Below, piece after piece: positions 23,387-32,476 of a DNA stretch of 64,000 bases. The notes beneath the pieces are model-generated. The model was not told the DNA's origin. It worked only from the letters and a program-made list of their open reading frames with translations, and did no database searches. Positions within the stretch are counted from its first letter, which is position 1, and each line of letters opens with the position of its first letter. Source of the stretch: an uncultured Nitrososphaerales archaeon (GTDB lineage Archaea > Thermoproteota > Nitrososphaeria > Nitrososphaerales > Nitrososphaeraceae); assembly GCA_963713605.1 (NCBI GenBank), contig CAVQMO010000012.1, positions 32,001-96,000 of the forward strand. The letters run 5' to 3'. The position numbers were made by a program, and so were the translations under genes.

Positions 23387-23791
23387 ATGTCGGTCAAGAC
23401 AGTAAAAGTACTAACGATGAGATACGAGCGAACAAATGCAGCCAATATTAGCTACAGTAGCAAGGATAAAAATGAGGAACGAGCTCAATCAGTTGACCCA
23501 TCAGGGAAGTCTTCTTTTACAGATAGAATCATGAACAAGGTTAGCCCCGGTTCTAGGCGAGAGACAAGTGAATATTCTGAATCTGAGAGAATTTCCAATA
23601 ATGTCACAAAAATAATCATAAGTTTATTCCTGCTCGTCGGCTTTATTGTGTTAGTCACTGCGATTTTTGTTGCAGCCCTAGGCAACGATGACGCTCAACA
23701 AGCACAGATTCTCGGAAACGTGTTTGTAGCAGCAATTGTCGGTGGATTTACGATAGTTGGAACTATCATATACCAGGTTCGTGGGAGATGA
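23387..23791 (+). CDS. membrane protein (two C-terminal TM helices)
   Basis: hydrophilic N-terminus followed by two hydrophobic helices. Confidence 0.65.
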   Translation: MSVKTVKVLTMRYERTNAANISYSSKDKNEERAQSVDPSGKSSFTDRIMNKVSPGSRRETSEYSESERISNNVTKIIISLFLLVGFIVLVTAIFVAALGNDDAQQAQILGNVFVAAIVGGFTIVGTIIYQVRGR

Positions 23792-24133
23792 TAACATAAT
23801 GTCGTGAACTGATCATGCAAGAATTTGCTAAAAATCCACCTTTTATTTTGCTGATAGTGCTAGCATGATCAACGTTTAGACTTTTTTAGTTTTTGCATTC
23901 TCATCATCAACTTCTTTCTTCTCTTCAAGAATATTCATGGTTTGAACTAGTATTCATCTGGCGTAATATTACTTATTTTGATATTCATTCAGCCACAGCT
24001 ACTTCACAATTACCCATTAATCAGAGCTAATATCAAAGATGTCTCCACTAAATTAGGTTTATGACCTATGCAAATTCGAGGATTTGATAACAGAAAATTT
24101 TTCTTAATCCCAAGCTTGCCACCATTAAACCCC

Positions 24134-26310
24134 TCAAGGCTTATTCTTGCTAGGTGATTCATCGTCAAGGAAAAAATCCGAGTCCTGATCAGTAACTTCT
24201 CTGATCGTATTGGAATCAGAACGATGAGAAGCAGGAGTGATTTTAGCGTTAGATTTTTTTTCTTCTTTCTTCCTCTTGTTTCTACGTCTGATCAAAAACA
24301 ATACAACTATAATTACAATGATGATAATGATCACAATTGGAAAGATACCCGAAAATCCATTCGCAAAAGTGAATGCGTCGCTAGTACTGTCATTGTTATT
24401 GGACGCCGACACCTGTCCTTCATATACAACTGTATCATTTAATAGCAATTCATGAACCATTCTAAGATTATCACTATAAGTAACGTTTAGGCTCACAGGG
24501 TAGTTACCTGCTGGTAGATCACTGTCAAGGCTAAGAGGAATACTAAATGGAAGTGGAGAGTTCTCGGAGAGATCCCCTAGATATTGTTGTTGGGATGGAC
24601 CTTTAACCAAAGATTTGTTCAAGCTGCTCTGCGATGATGATTCTGCCCTATTTGCAGGATTGACTAAATCTATTGTCGTAAATAGTGCGACTGTATTTCC
24701 TTCATTCAATAAATTACCGACTAGATTTGGGGCACCACCTACGTAATTTAAGTCAAGATCGTATGTCCTAATCCGTATTTGGCCGTCAACGTAAGCGCCA
24801 ATGTTTAGAGTGTCTGTTTTGGACTGTCCCCTTTCTATGGTACTCGGCATTTATTTCAAATTCCGTAGGCGTATTAATCACGTCCGCGGCGGCATAAACG
24901 GTTGTAGACATTGGGAAATTTGATAGAGGAGCCATATAATCTACCCTCCATCTCGAGTCTCCTAATATCTTGACAGAATTTGTCCCTGACGAAAGGGAAA
25001 AAACGATATCTGTAAGCGGTAAACTCCCATTGTTGGTTATACTAAACCTAAGGTTTTCTAACCTACCTGCTGTAAGTTTTATCGGGTCTTCGTTAATTTC
25101 TTCTTCAGCTTCATTTACATTACTCTTACTATCATTGGCAACATAATCCTGGCTACTGGACGTAGTTGAAATTATCCCTGGATTTATGCTGAGCACAGAC
25201 TCCGGCGGATTTGGCGCTACGATCATTCCTATTGAATAATCGGAATCGGTACGTATGCCATATGCGTTATTGTAGGCTATCTCCAGATCCAAAGTCTGTA
25301 TCGTTCCTCCAGAAGAATAGTCAGGATATATAATCGGAGTGATTAAGACTGAGCTGCCGGCCGGAATATTTCCGATGTTAAAAGATTCTGAATCGACAGT
25401 TGTAGTAGAAGAGCCATTTACCGAATTGCTGTCAGAAGATACTGTTTGCGGCAGTCGTTCCCCCAGAAACTCCTACCACCGTAACTACTGCTCCTGTTGC
25501 GTTAGCTGTTCCATCATTTGTTATAGGAATTTGTAATGGATTTGGATAACCGGCAGTTAGATTTTGATTTAATAATGTGGTATCTAAAATTACTTTACCG
25601 GTCACTCTAAATGGGATCATCATTGAGGTTGAAATCTGCCCGACCTCAAGAATCTTCGAATATGATAATGTTAGGTCACCAGTGTATGGACCCACTCTGG
25701 CTTGTGGAAGAACATCCATTGTGAAGTACATAGTGAAAGTGTCACCTGCCTTAATGATAGAATCGTAGCTGGCCACTGCAACATTTGGAGAGGTGACATT
25801 ATTCTCACCTTCAATCGCTCTAAATCCAGGGGGAAGGGTTAGATATCCAGTTACCCCTGTAATATCAGTTCTTCCTCTATTTACGAATACTATCGCAAGA
25901 GTAGAGGTTCCTTCTCCAGGGCCAATTTCCTTCTTGGAGTTGTTTGTGGTTGACGTGGAGGTAGAGATAGAATCTTCTGTCCAATATGCTTCAAGAAAAG
26001 AAGGAGCTCTATCAGTTTGAACAGAGATGGGAATAATAGTGGGAGGAGATGAATTAGACGGTTGAGCAAATACATTCGCTCCAAATATTGTAAATAGTAC
26101 CAAATATGCGACTAGTGATATTAATAAGGGACATAACCCTAAACTGATAAGAGCACTTGAGTTTTTTCTGTTCCGCTTAGATGCAGCAATATTTCTATAC
26201 CGCCTCAGTAGGTTTCCTCTTCGCATGGGCTCCAAAGTACATCCTTCGAAAAAGGAACAAGGAACATTGTCATATTTCTCCCTTAGGTTATATCTTCCCT
26301 GTTCCATCAT
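24134..26310 (-). CDS. COG1361-type S-layer-like/Ig-fold surface protein with C-terminal TM anchor (frameshifted in 2-3 places)
   Basis: signal segment '...VFAQ', repeated 'ITN.G...ATG'/'GNLLNEGN' Ig-like modules, 'YLGDL', TM helix plus basic RRRNKRKK tail; ORFs 25432, 25339 region, 24786 and 24134 chain together. Confidence 0.8.
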
Positions 26311-27071
26311 ATTCTATTTATTATCTCTTTTTCAATGGCCCCATCCCGGATGAAAATGGTCCTATCTGTCCTAGATGAAAGGTCAGAGTTGTGTGTTACA
26401 AATACGATAGTTCTTTTGAACTTATTAGCAAGCATTCTTAATAGATCAAAAACCTCTTCTCCTGTCTTCGTATCTAAATTTCCAGTTGGTTCATCTGCAA
26501 GAATTATGGCAGGATTATTCATAAGAGATCTAGCAATGGCTACCCGTTGTTGCTGTCCTCCACTTAAATTTACTGGCTTAAGCCTTGCTTTATTTTCGAT
26601 ACCTAATATTCTTAGCAGTTTTAGTGACCGTCTATGTCGCACTTCACTATTCATTCCTGAGATAACAGCTGGAATCTCAACATTCTTCTGAACCGATGTT
26701 CTGTTAATTAAATTAAAGGATTGAAATATGAAACCTATTAGAGAATTTCGCATTTGAGCAATCTGACTATCTTTTAGGGAAAAAATATCTACATTATCGA
26801 TGAAAACTCTTCCACTGGATGGTCGATCCAATGCACCGATAATGTTTAGTAACGTTGACTTACCACTTCCAGAAGGGCCTACAATTGAGATAAATTCACC
26901 TTTTCTAACTGAAAAACTAATTTCCTTAAGAGCAATCAATTCTCCTGCTGGAGACTTAAAGACCTTTGAAACATTTTCCATTTTTAATGCGACAGGCAAT
27001 AAAAGATCATCGACTTCATTATTAGCGTTAGGTTCCGCCTTTTGATTATATCTTATAACATTGTCACGCAT
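26307..27071 (-). CDS. ABC transporter ATPase (LolD/MacB family)
   Basis: GPSGSGKST, 'IGFIFQSFNL', LSGGQQQRVAIAR, 'ADEPTGNLD', 'VTHN'. Confidence 0.95.
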   Translation of the reverse strand: MRDNVIRYNQKAEPNANNEVDDLLLPVALKMENVSKVFKSPAGELIALKEISFSVRKGEFISIVGPSGSGKSTLLNIIGALDRPSSGRVFIDNVDIFSLKDSQIAQMRNSLIGFIFQSFNLINRTSVQKNVEIPAVISGMNSEVRHRRSLKLLRILGIENKARLKPVNLSGGQQQRVAIARSLMNNPAIILADEPTGNLDTKTGEEVFDLLRMLANKFKRTIVFVTHNSDLSSRTDRTIFIRDGAIEKEIINRI

Positions 27072-27679
27072 AGCTGATAGCCCTATTTATTGTTAATCTT
27101 GTTTTTTGATTATCTCCAACGTCTATTTCTCCCTCTTTATCCAATTTTAAGGATGATTTATAAGCAGTCCTACAGGCATTTATAGTTGACTTCAACCTAC
27201 TCGAATGGTTGACATTGTAGCTCGAAGGGAAATTTAATGATTAACAAGATTCAAAATAAGTTGACCTGTCTTATGGAAGTAACAGCTATGTTTAGAGAAC
27301 TATGTTCAATAAACTGGCTATATATTTTTGTTCTATGAGAGTAAAAGGTAGGAGTCAGTTTTATTATATTGCCAATAGGACCGATAATACAGTACTGCTA
27401 ATCTTATGAGCATTTTTTATTTCTGTTATCCGTTACCTGACTTTTTTCCGCTGATGTGTCCAAGAAAGTGATGCCTGTTATAGGTGTCTAAAATATGTAT
27501 GGCGTAGAACATGTGCTTACGCACATCTCATTTCTTGTGAATATTGGTATCCCGTCGACGTCTTAAACAACATGAAAAAATTCAAGATGGACTATGATTG
27601 CTAGAATATTCTTGTTATTGATTTGATAATTCTCCAATTAATTCACAGTGAATAGAAAATATAAAAAAATGAGGCGAAA

Positions 27680-28354
27680 CTAGCTATTTACCATCTTCTC
27701 GAATTTTGCATCTTTAGCTGTAACAAGTCCTCTATCCACTAATGGTTTTTCTCCTAACGCCTTCTCTATAGCTCGATCGCTTAATTGGACGGCTTGAGCA
27801 ATGGTTATATCTTCGGTATATTCTTTCTGAATTATGTCGATAGCTGTGTCCGAATACTGTCCTATTGCGAAACCAGATCCACTGAAGTATGTACCGCTAG
27901 GATCAACTTGATACAATTGAACCCCTGTCGGATCAAGTCCAGCAATAATTATCGATGCTGCCTGAGGTCTTACTGCATAAATTGTAAAGTCGTGCAAGTA
28001 GGAGCTGAGCTGTCTTGCGAGCGACTTTATATCTATGGGACTATCATAAGTGAATCTGTATTTCTGTGCTGCAATTCTCATCTCATCAATTAGCTGAAGT
28101 ATGTCTCCTATGTATCCAGAACCAGTAGCACCCACATGTCCATCTATTGCAAATATCTTCTCTGATGGTTCTACCAAAGGCTTTGTAGGCTTAATGTGAC
28201 TAGAGATCAGGGCAAAAGTTGACGTTTTGATTCCTATTGTGGTTGAACCCCTACCAACTGCCTCAAGAGCACTATCTACTAATAACAGTCTTCCTTCAGG
28301 TCCATAGTAGTAAGGATATCTCGTGTTAATTCCTGAGCTACCTAAATCGGCCAT
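27680..28354 (-). CDS. psmA: proteasome alpha-type subunit, divergent paralogue
   Basis: 'GPEGRL..V..A.EAVGRGSTTIGIK', 'EKIFAIDGH', 'VRP..ASIIIAG', 'LYQVDPSG', 'AIG'. Confidence 0.9.
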   Translation of the reverse strand: MADLGSSGINTRYPYYYGPEGRLLLVDSALEAVGRGSTTIGIKTSTFALISSHIKPTKPLVEPSEKIFAIDGHVGATGSGYIGDILQLIDEMRIAAQKYRFTYDSPIDIKSLARQLSSYLHDFTIYAVRPQAASIIIAGLDPTGVQLYQVDPSGTYFSGSGFAIGQYSDTAIDIIQKEYTEDITIAQAVQLSDRAIEKALGEKPLVDRGLVTAKDAKFEKMVNS

Positions 28355-28359
28355 TTCTA

Positions 28360-28946
28360 TTATCTCTCCCTCTCCTTCACTACTAAGGAAAGGTTTGGGA
28401 TCGTCAATACATCTATACCGTTTCCAGAACCAGGATCTCTTTCCATTGCTGCAGCTACGGCTTTAGTAGCTATCTCCTTTGCTTGTTCATTGGTCAAGTC
28501 TTTGTGAAATATGCTTTCAAGGACTCCATATGCAATGGGAGAGCCCGAACCAGAGGAAGCAAATTCCTCACCGGTAATGGCTCCACTCATATCTGCAACA
28601 AATATGTGTCCACCTTCTTGATCTACTCCACCTACCAGTAATTCCACGAAGTATGGTTGATAGTTCTTGAGCCCGGTGTATGCCTGATTAGCGATTAGCC
28701 TCGCTGATTCTTTTACCGTGACTGGAAATCCTCTTCGTAACTCGATTAGATTTCTTTCAGCCTTTACAAGCTTAACCATGTAATCTGCATCGGATAGCTC
28801 GCCCAGCAATTGCTACTGCTAAGGTTTCATCTATTTTTGTTATCTTTTGCGTAATCTTAGAACCTATAAAGAATCCCTTACTGGCTCTTCTGTCAGAGCC
28901 CAGTACCGACTCCTTCTTTTGTTCTTATACCAACTATTGTGGTCAT
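28360..28946 (-). CDS. psmB: proteasome beta-type subunit without propeptide (two +1 G frameshifts near 28907 and 28803)
   Basis: reconstructed MTTIVGIRTKEGVVLGSDRRASKGFFIGSKITQKITKIDETLAVAIAGELSDAD... joins ORF 28360..28809 ('SGSGSPIAYGVLE', 'ERDPGSG'); SD-like GGTGAAAGGAG upstream. Confidence 0.92.
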
Positions 28947-29112
28947 TTTCTTTCTCCTTTCACCAGATATATCTACGCAAGAGAAGTATTAATTGACCAG
29001 CATCTATGGAAATGAGTCACAGTCATTGTACCAGATCATATAAGAGTGAAAGCAACTAAGTTACCCTTGGTGCATCTTTAATACTTGGAAATCCATATCA
29101 TGGCGATCCGAA

Positions 29113-29580
29113 ATGCAAATGAAATTTGATAAGATCATGGTAGCAATCGATGGTTCAAAGGAATCAATGCATGCTGCGAATTGTGCCATAGGAATTGCAA
29201 AGAAGTATGATGCAACGTTGGTTGTCCTCACTGTATTACCACAGGAATTAAGATATGAGTATGAAATTGATCAAGTAGATCCGGAAATTCCTATGGCCCC
29301 TGTGAAGGGTGTGGTTGAATTATCTCGCATGGAGATTGAAAATAAGTGGTTTACAGACATCAGAGAAAATGCTTTGGCTAGTAATGTCAGGATCGAGACT
29401 GAAATCGCAATGGAAGGGAAATCTGTTGTATCAGATATTATAGAGTATTCTGAAAAGCAGGGTATTGATTTGATAGTAATCGGTACAAAAGGAAAAACGG
29501 GATTAAGAAGGTTATTACTCGGTAGTGTAGGTCAAGGAGTATTGGCTTATGCTCACTGCCCTGTACTACTTGTAAGATAG
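29113..29580 (+). CDS. universal stress protein (UspA family)
   Basis: 'IMVAIDGSKES', 'DLIVIGTKG.TG....LLGSV', 'AHCPVLLVR'. Confidence 0.95.
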   Translation: MQMKFDKIMVAIDGSKESMHAANCAIGIAKKYDATLVVLTVLPQELRYEYEIDQVDPEIPMAPVKGVVELSRMEIENKWFTDIRENALASNVRIETEIAMEGKSVVSDIIEYSEKQGIDLIVIGTKGKTGLRRLLLGSVGQGVLAYAHCPVLLVR

Positions 29581-29807
29581 AGAGGGAACTCATACTTAAT
29601 TATTTGAGCTTCCTCTGGTAGATGGGGAGCTCAAATTGGTCAACAAGAACACACGTTGGATTAGTGCGATACAGCTACATGTTGTCTATTACCCGGAATG
29701 ATTATAGAGCCATGCAATTGGAATCATCATAATGGTACCCTGTCCGTTCACTTATTGTCATAAATAGCTAAATAAATGAAACCCCTGACCCACGCTTGAT
29801 TTAGTGC

Positions 29808-30396
29808 CTATCTTATTTTAATTGTCGCGATCATTTCCATGAATTGTGGAAGATAAGCTGAAAATTTATCAGGCAAATTTGTATATGTTATTACGTAAGT
29901 TCTTTGAGGCCTTTCTATCCACAGTTGCAATTTGTGAAATTCTTGATGTGCTGTACTGACCATGTACTCCAACACATGTGCAGTTACATTCAACTCGCTA
30001 AGTTTCATGGTTGTGGAGTTTACCTGGATATCCTCTAATTCATCTATAACCTCGTTTACTGCTTGTTCAACTGATTGATTTCCTGACTGAAATATAAATA
30101 CATTTACTGACGGGGTACAAGGTTCAACCCCTGTAGACGGACCGAGAAACTCTATAATGGAACTATTCTCAGCAGCCGGAAACTCCCTCTTTTCCCAAGA
30201 AGACGGGTAGTTGATTTCGAAACTACCTCCTGGATTTGTATATAAGGACATCGTCTCATTGGATTCCTGTGCAAAAACCAAGTTAGAATTCACTGCAGCT
30301 AAATGAGTCGCAAACAATAGAATGCCTAGTACAGGTACTTAGCGTTACCACACCAGAGATACATAAATAAATCAGAGGAAAGGCTTTGTCCTTCAT
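29808..30396 (-). CDS. secreted PsbP/DcrB-like protein (frameshift in signal region)
   Basis: 'VFAQ' signal end, 'YTNP..SFEINYPSSW', 'TYVITY', 'YLPQF.EMI.TIKI'; upstream ATG 30396 is in another frame. Confidence 0.75.
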
Positions 30397-30697
30397 ATTG
30401 ATAATTTTCTATAAGTTAACGTTTATTTTTGTATTACAGATATTACTCGCAAGACTTTTAATACTTAATTTTGTGTTATTAATTGTAATTAAATTGAGTA
30501 TAAGTAAATTCTTCTGAGATTATACATCTAACTATTGCTGTCCACTTTGTCCCCTATTTTTTCTTCAAATACAAAACCTAAGTTTTGAATGCATAGCTGT
30601 AACTAACCATTCATTCATCAGAGCTTTAAAGGCTAGAGTTCCAGAAGACAAGAATCATGAACAACTAACGACACATCTTATGGTGGTAACTTTGGCC

Positions 30698-30985
30698 TAA
30701 ATCTATATGATCTGACCCTATCCCGGCCGTCAAGATCAGCTTTAGGTTGGGTGCTTGTGAAATTCATTCCTTTGTCATATAGGCCGCCAAAAAGGAGTCA
30801 TTATCATAATATCAGTTGAAGGAGATGTTTGTCTAATTCTGCCTCTCTATTGGTTAATACGGCAAATTCGTGTCCTTTTCCTGCAAGAAATTCCCTAATC
30901 CGAGAGCATTTTCTGCAGAACCTAATAGTGCTGGGGTTCGGTTAGCTATCTCTCCTCCCGAATAAAGAACGGCTACAATTTTCAT
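30698..30985 (-). pseudogene. fdh: NAD-dependent formate dehydrogenase, N-terminal relic
   Basis: manual translation across 3 indels and a stop: MKIVAVLYSGG...[75 protein letters not shown]; similarity ends there. Confidence 0.85.
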
Positions 30986-31088
30986 AGACTCGTATTAAAA
31001 GTGCTTCTTTTAAGGTTATTGAAGGCAATAAGCCAGTTAACTTGGTTAACTAAAGAATATATTTCCCTCCTCGTTACAAGCATTTCCA

Positions 31089-31607
31089 TTGAATACAGAA
31101 GATCTTTTAAAAGGTATTCTCAAGCTTGACACGAACATCAGATTCATAGGATTGTTGGAAAAGTCAGGTCATCTCTATTCTGGTGGCCCCATAGAAGGCA
31201 TTGTGCAACACCTGATAGGTAGGAATTCTGAAGTCAGCCTTTCGCAGACGGCCCACATAGTTCAGATGAGGAAAAATTTTTCCACAGACTTGGGAGATCT
31301 CAAGTATATGGTCTATGCCCATGATAAAGTACTAGTATTTAGTATACCCATTCTAGAAGATCTTATATTGGTATTTTCTACTGAGAAAGAAGTAAATGTA
31401 AATAGCATCGTGACCACGATTACAGCTTATGTCAAGAGCGTTGAACCAGAACTAAAACTTGAGAAACCACGAAAAATGGTAGATGAGGAAAAGAGAAGGA
31501 TGGTTAGAAACCTTTATGATTCTGGTATTACTGAAGACCTGATTGCTGAACAAATGGATCTAGACATTAATACAGTTAAAATTCTAATTCAAGAGCCTAT
31601 CGCATAG
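31089..31607 (+). CDS. thaumarchaeal Roadblock/longin-like protein with C-terminal HTH
   Basis: 'ILKLDTNIRFIG...LGDLKY....DKV...SIP...ILVFSTE' plus C-terminal 'LYDSG...IAEQMDLDINTVK' helix-turn-helix. Confidence 0.65.
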   Translation: MNTEDLLKGILKLDTNIRFIGLLEKSGHLYSGGPIEGIVQHLIGRNSEVSLSQTAHIVQMRKNFSTDLGDLKYMVYAHDKVLVFSIPILEDLILVFSTEKEVNVNSIVTTITAYVKSVEPELKLEKPRKMVDEEKRRMVRNLYDSGITEDLIAEQMDLDINTVKILIQEPIA

Positions 31608-31884
31608 AATTATCTTGTAGTACATACCATACCTGACAGCTACATGTCGTCCTGATTCAGGTTTTTCGCTAAATAATATTGACATAATATCTTTACAGCC
31701 CTGATAAATCTTCAAAAATTAGGCTAACTGATAGTATTAGTAAATTTGTTGTTAGGGTAGACTGATGTGTATGAAAGGATTAAAAAACAAGATAAATTGC
31801 TAAAATTTATTCATGATATACTAAGAGTCTCAATTTAGCTAATCTTGTAAACATTTAAATCTAAATTCTATTACCTTCTTCCTG

Positions 31885-32409
31885 ATGAAAATAATAGGTA
31901 CGCAAAAATTCTCTAGTCATATGTACATAGCCTACCTTACAATTACATCGATAGCTTTTGGCTCACTGTTTGCAACACCACAATTATTGTTCGCGCAAGG
32001 CGAAGCGAATGAGACATTTTTCGAGACCGCGGTAAGAGAAGCTGGTCAGACAGAGGCAGCAAAACCAGACAGCGAGCAGCAGCACCTCCTAGCTCAACGG
32101 AGGCAGCAAAACCAGACGGGCAGCAGGCAGCACCTCCTAGCTCAACGGAGCAGCCAAAACCAGACGGAGCAGCAGCACCTCCTGAGCTCAACGGAGCAGC
32201 AAAACCAGACGGCAGCAGCAGCACCTCCTAGCTCAACGGAGCAGCAAAACCAGACGGCAGCAGGCAGCACCTCCTAGCTCAACAGAGCAGCAAAACCAGA
32301 CGGCAGACGAGCACCTCCTAGCTCAACGGAGCAGCAAAACCAGACCCAATCACAAAATCCATTCGAGCAATTAGGTCAAGCGATATCAAAGCTCTTTGGT
32401 GGAAATTAA
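31885..32409 (+). CDS. secreted low-complexity repeat glycoprotein (frameshifts within the repeat)
   Basis: signal peptide ending 'LFAQ', repeats of AAAAPPSSTEQQNQT, C-terminal 'NPFEQLGQAISKLFGGN*'. Confidence 0.75.
32051..32346 (+). repeat. ~45-bp tandem repeat, about 6.5 copies
   Basis: unit GCAGCAGCAGCACCTCCTAGCTCAACGGAGCAGCAAAACCAGACG; 'AAAACCAGAC' occurs 7 times at ~45-nt spacing. Confidence 0.95.
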
Positions 32410-32440
32410 TATCCAATAAGAGTGAGTAAACCCGAATTGA

Positions 32441-32476
32441 AAAGCTCCCTAAATTGGGGGCCTTCATCTTTTTTTG
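32441..32476 (+). terminator. possible hairpin plus T-tract terminator
   Basis: AAGCTCCCTAA-A-TTGGGGGCCTT followed by a T8 run, downstream of the repeat gene. Confidence 0.4.

Noticed and set aside
32051..32346. CRISPR array
   Set aside because: Units are contiguous with no unique spacers, the length is a multiple of 3, it lies inside a signal-peptide ORF, and no cas genes are present.
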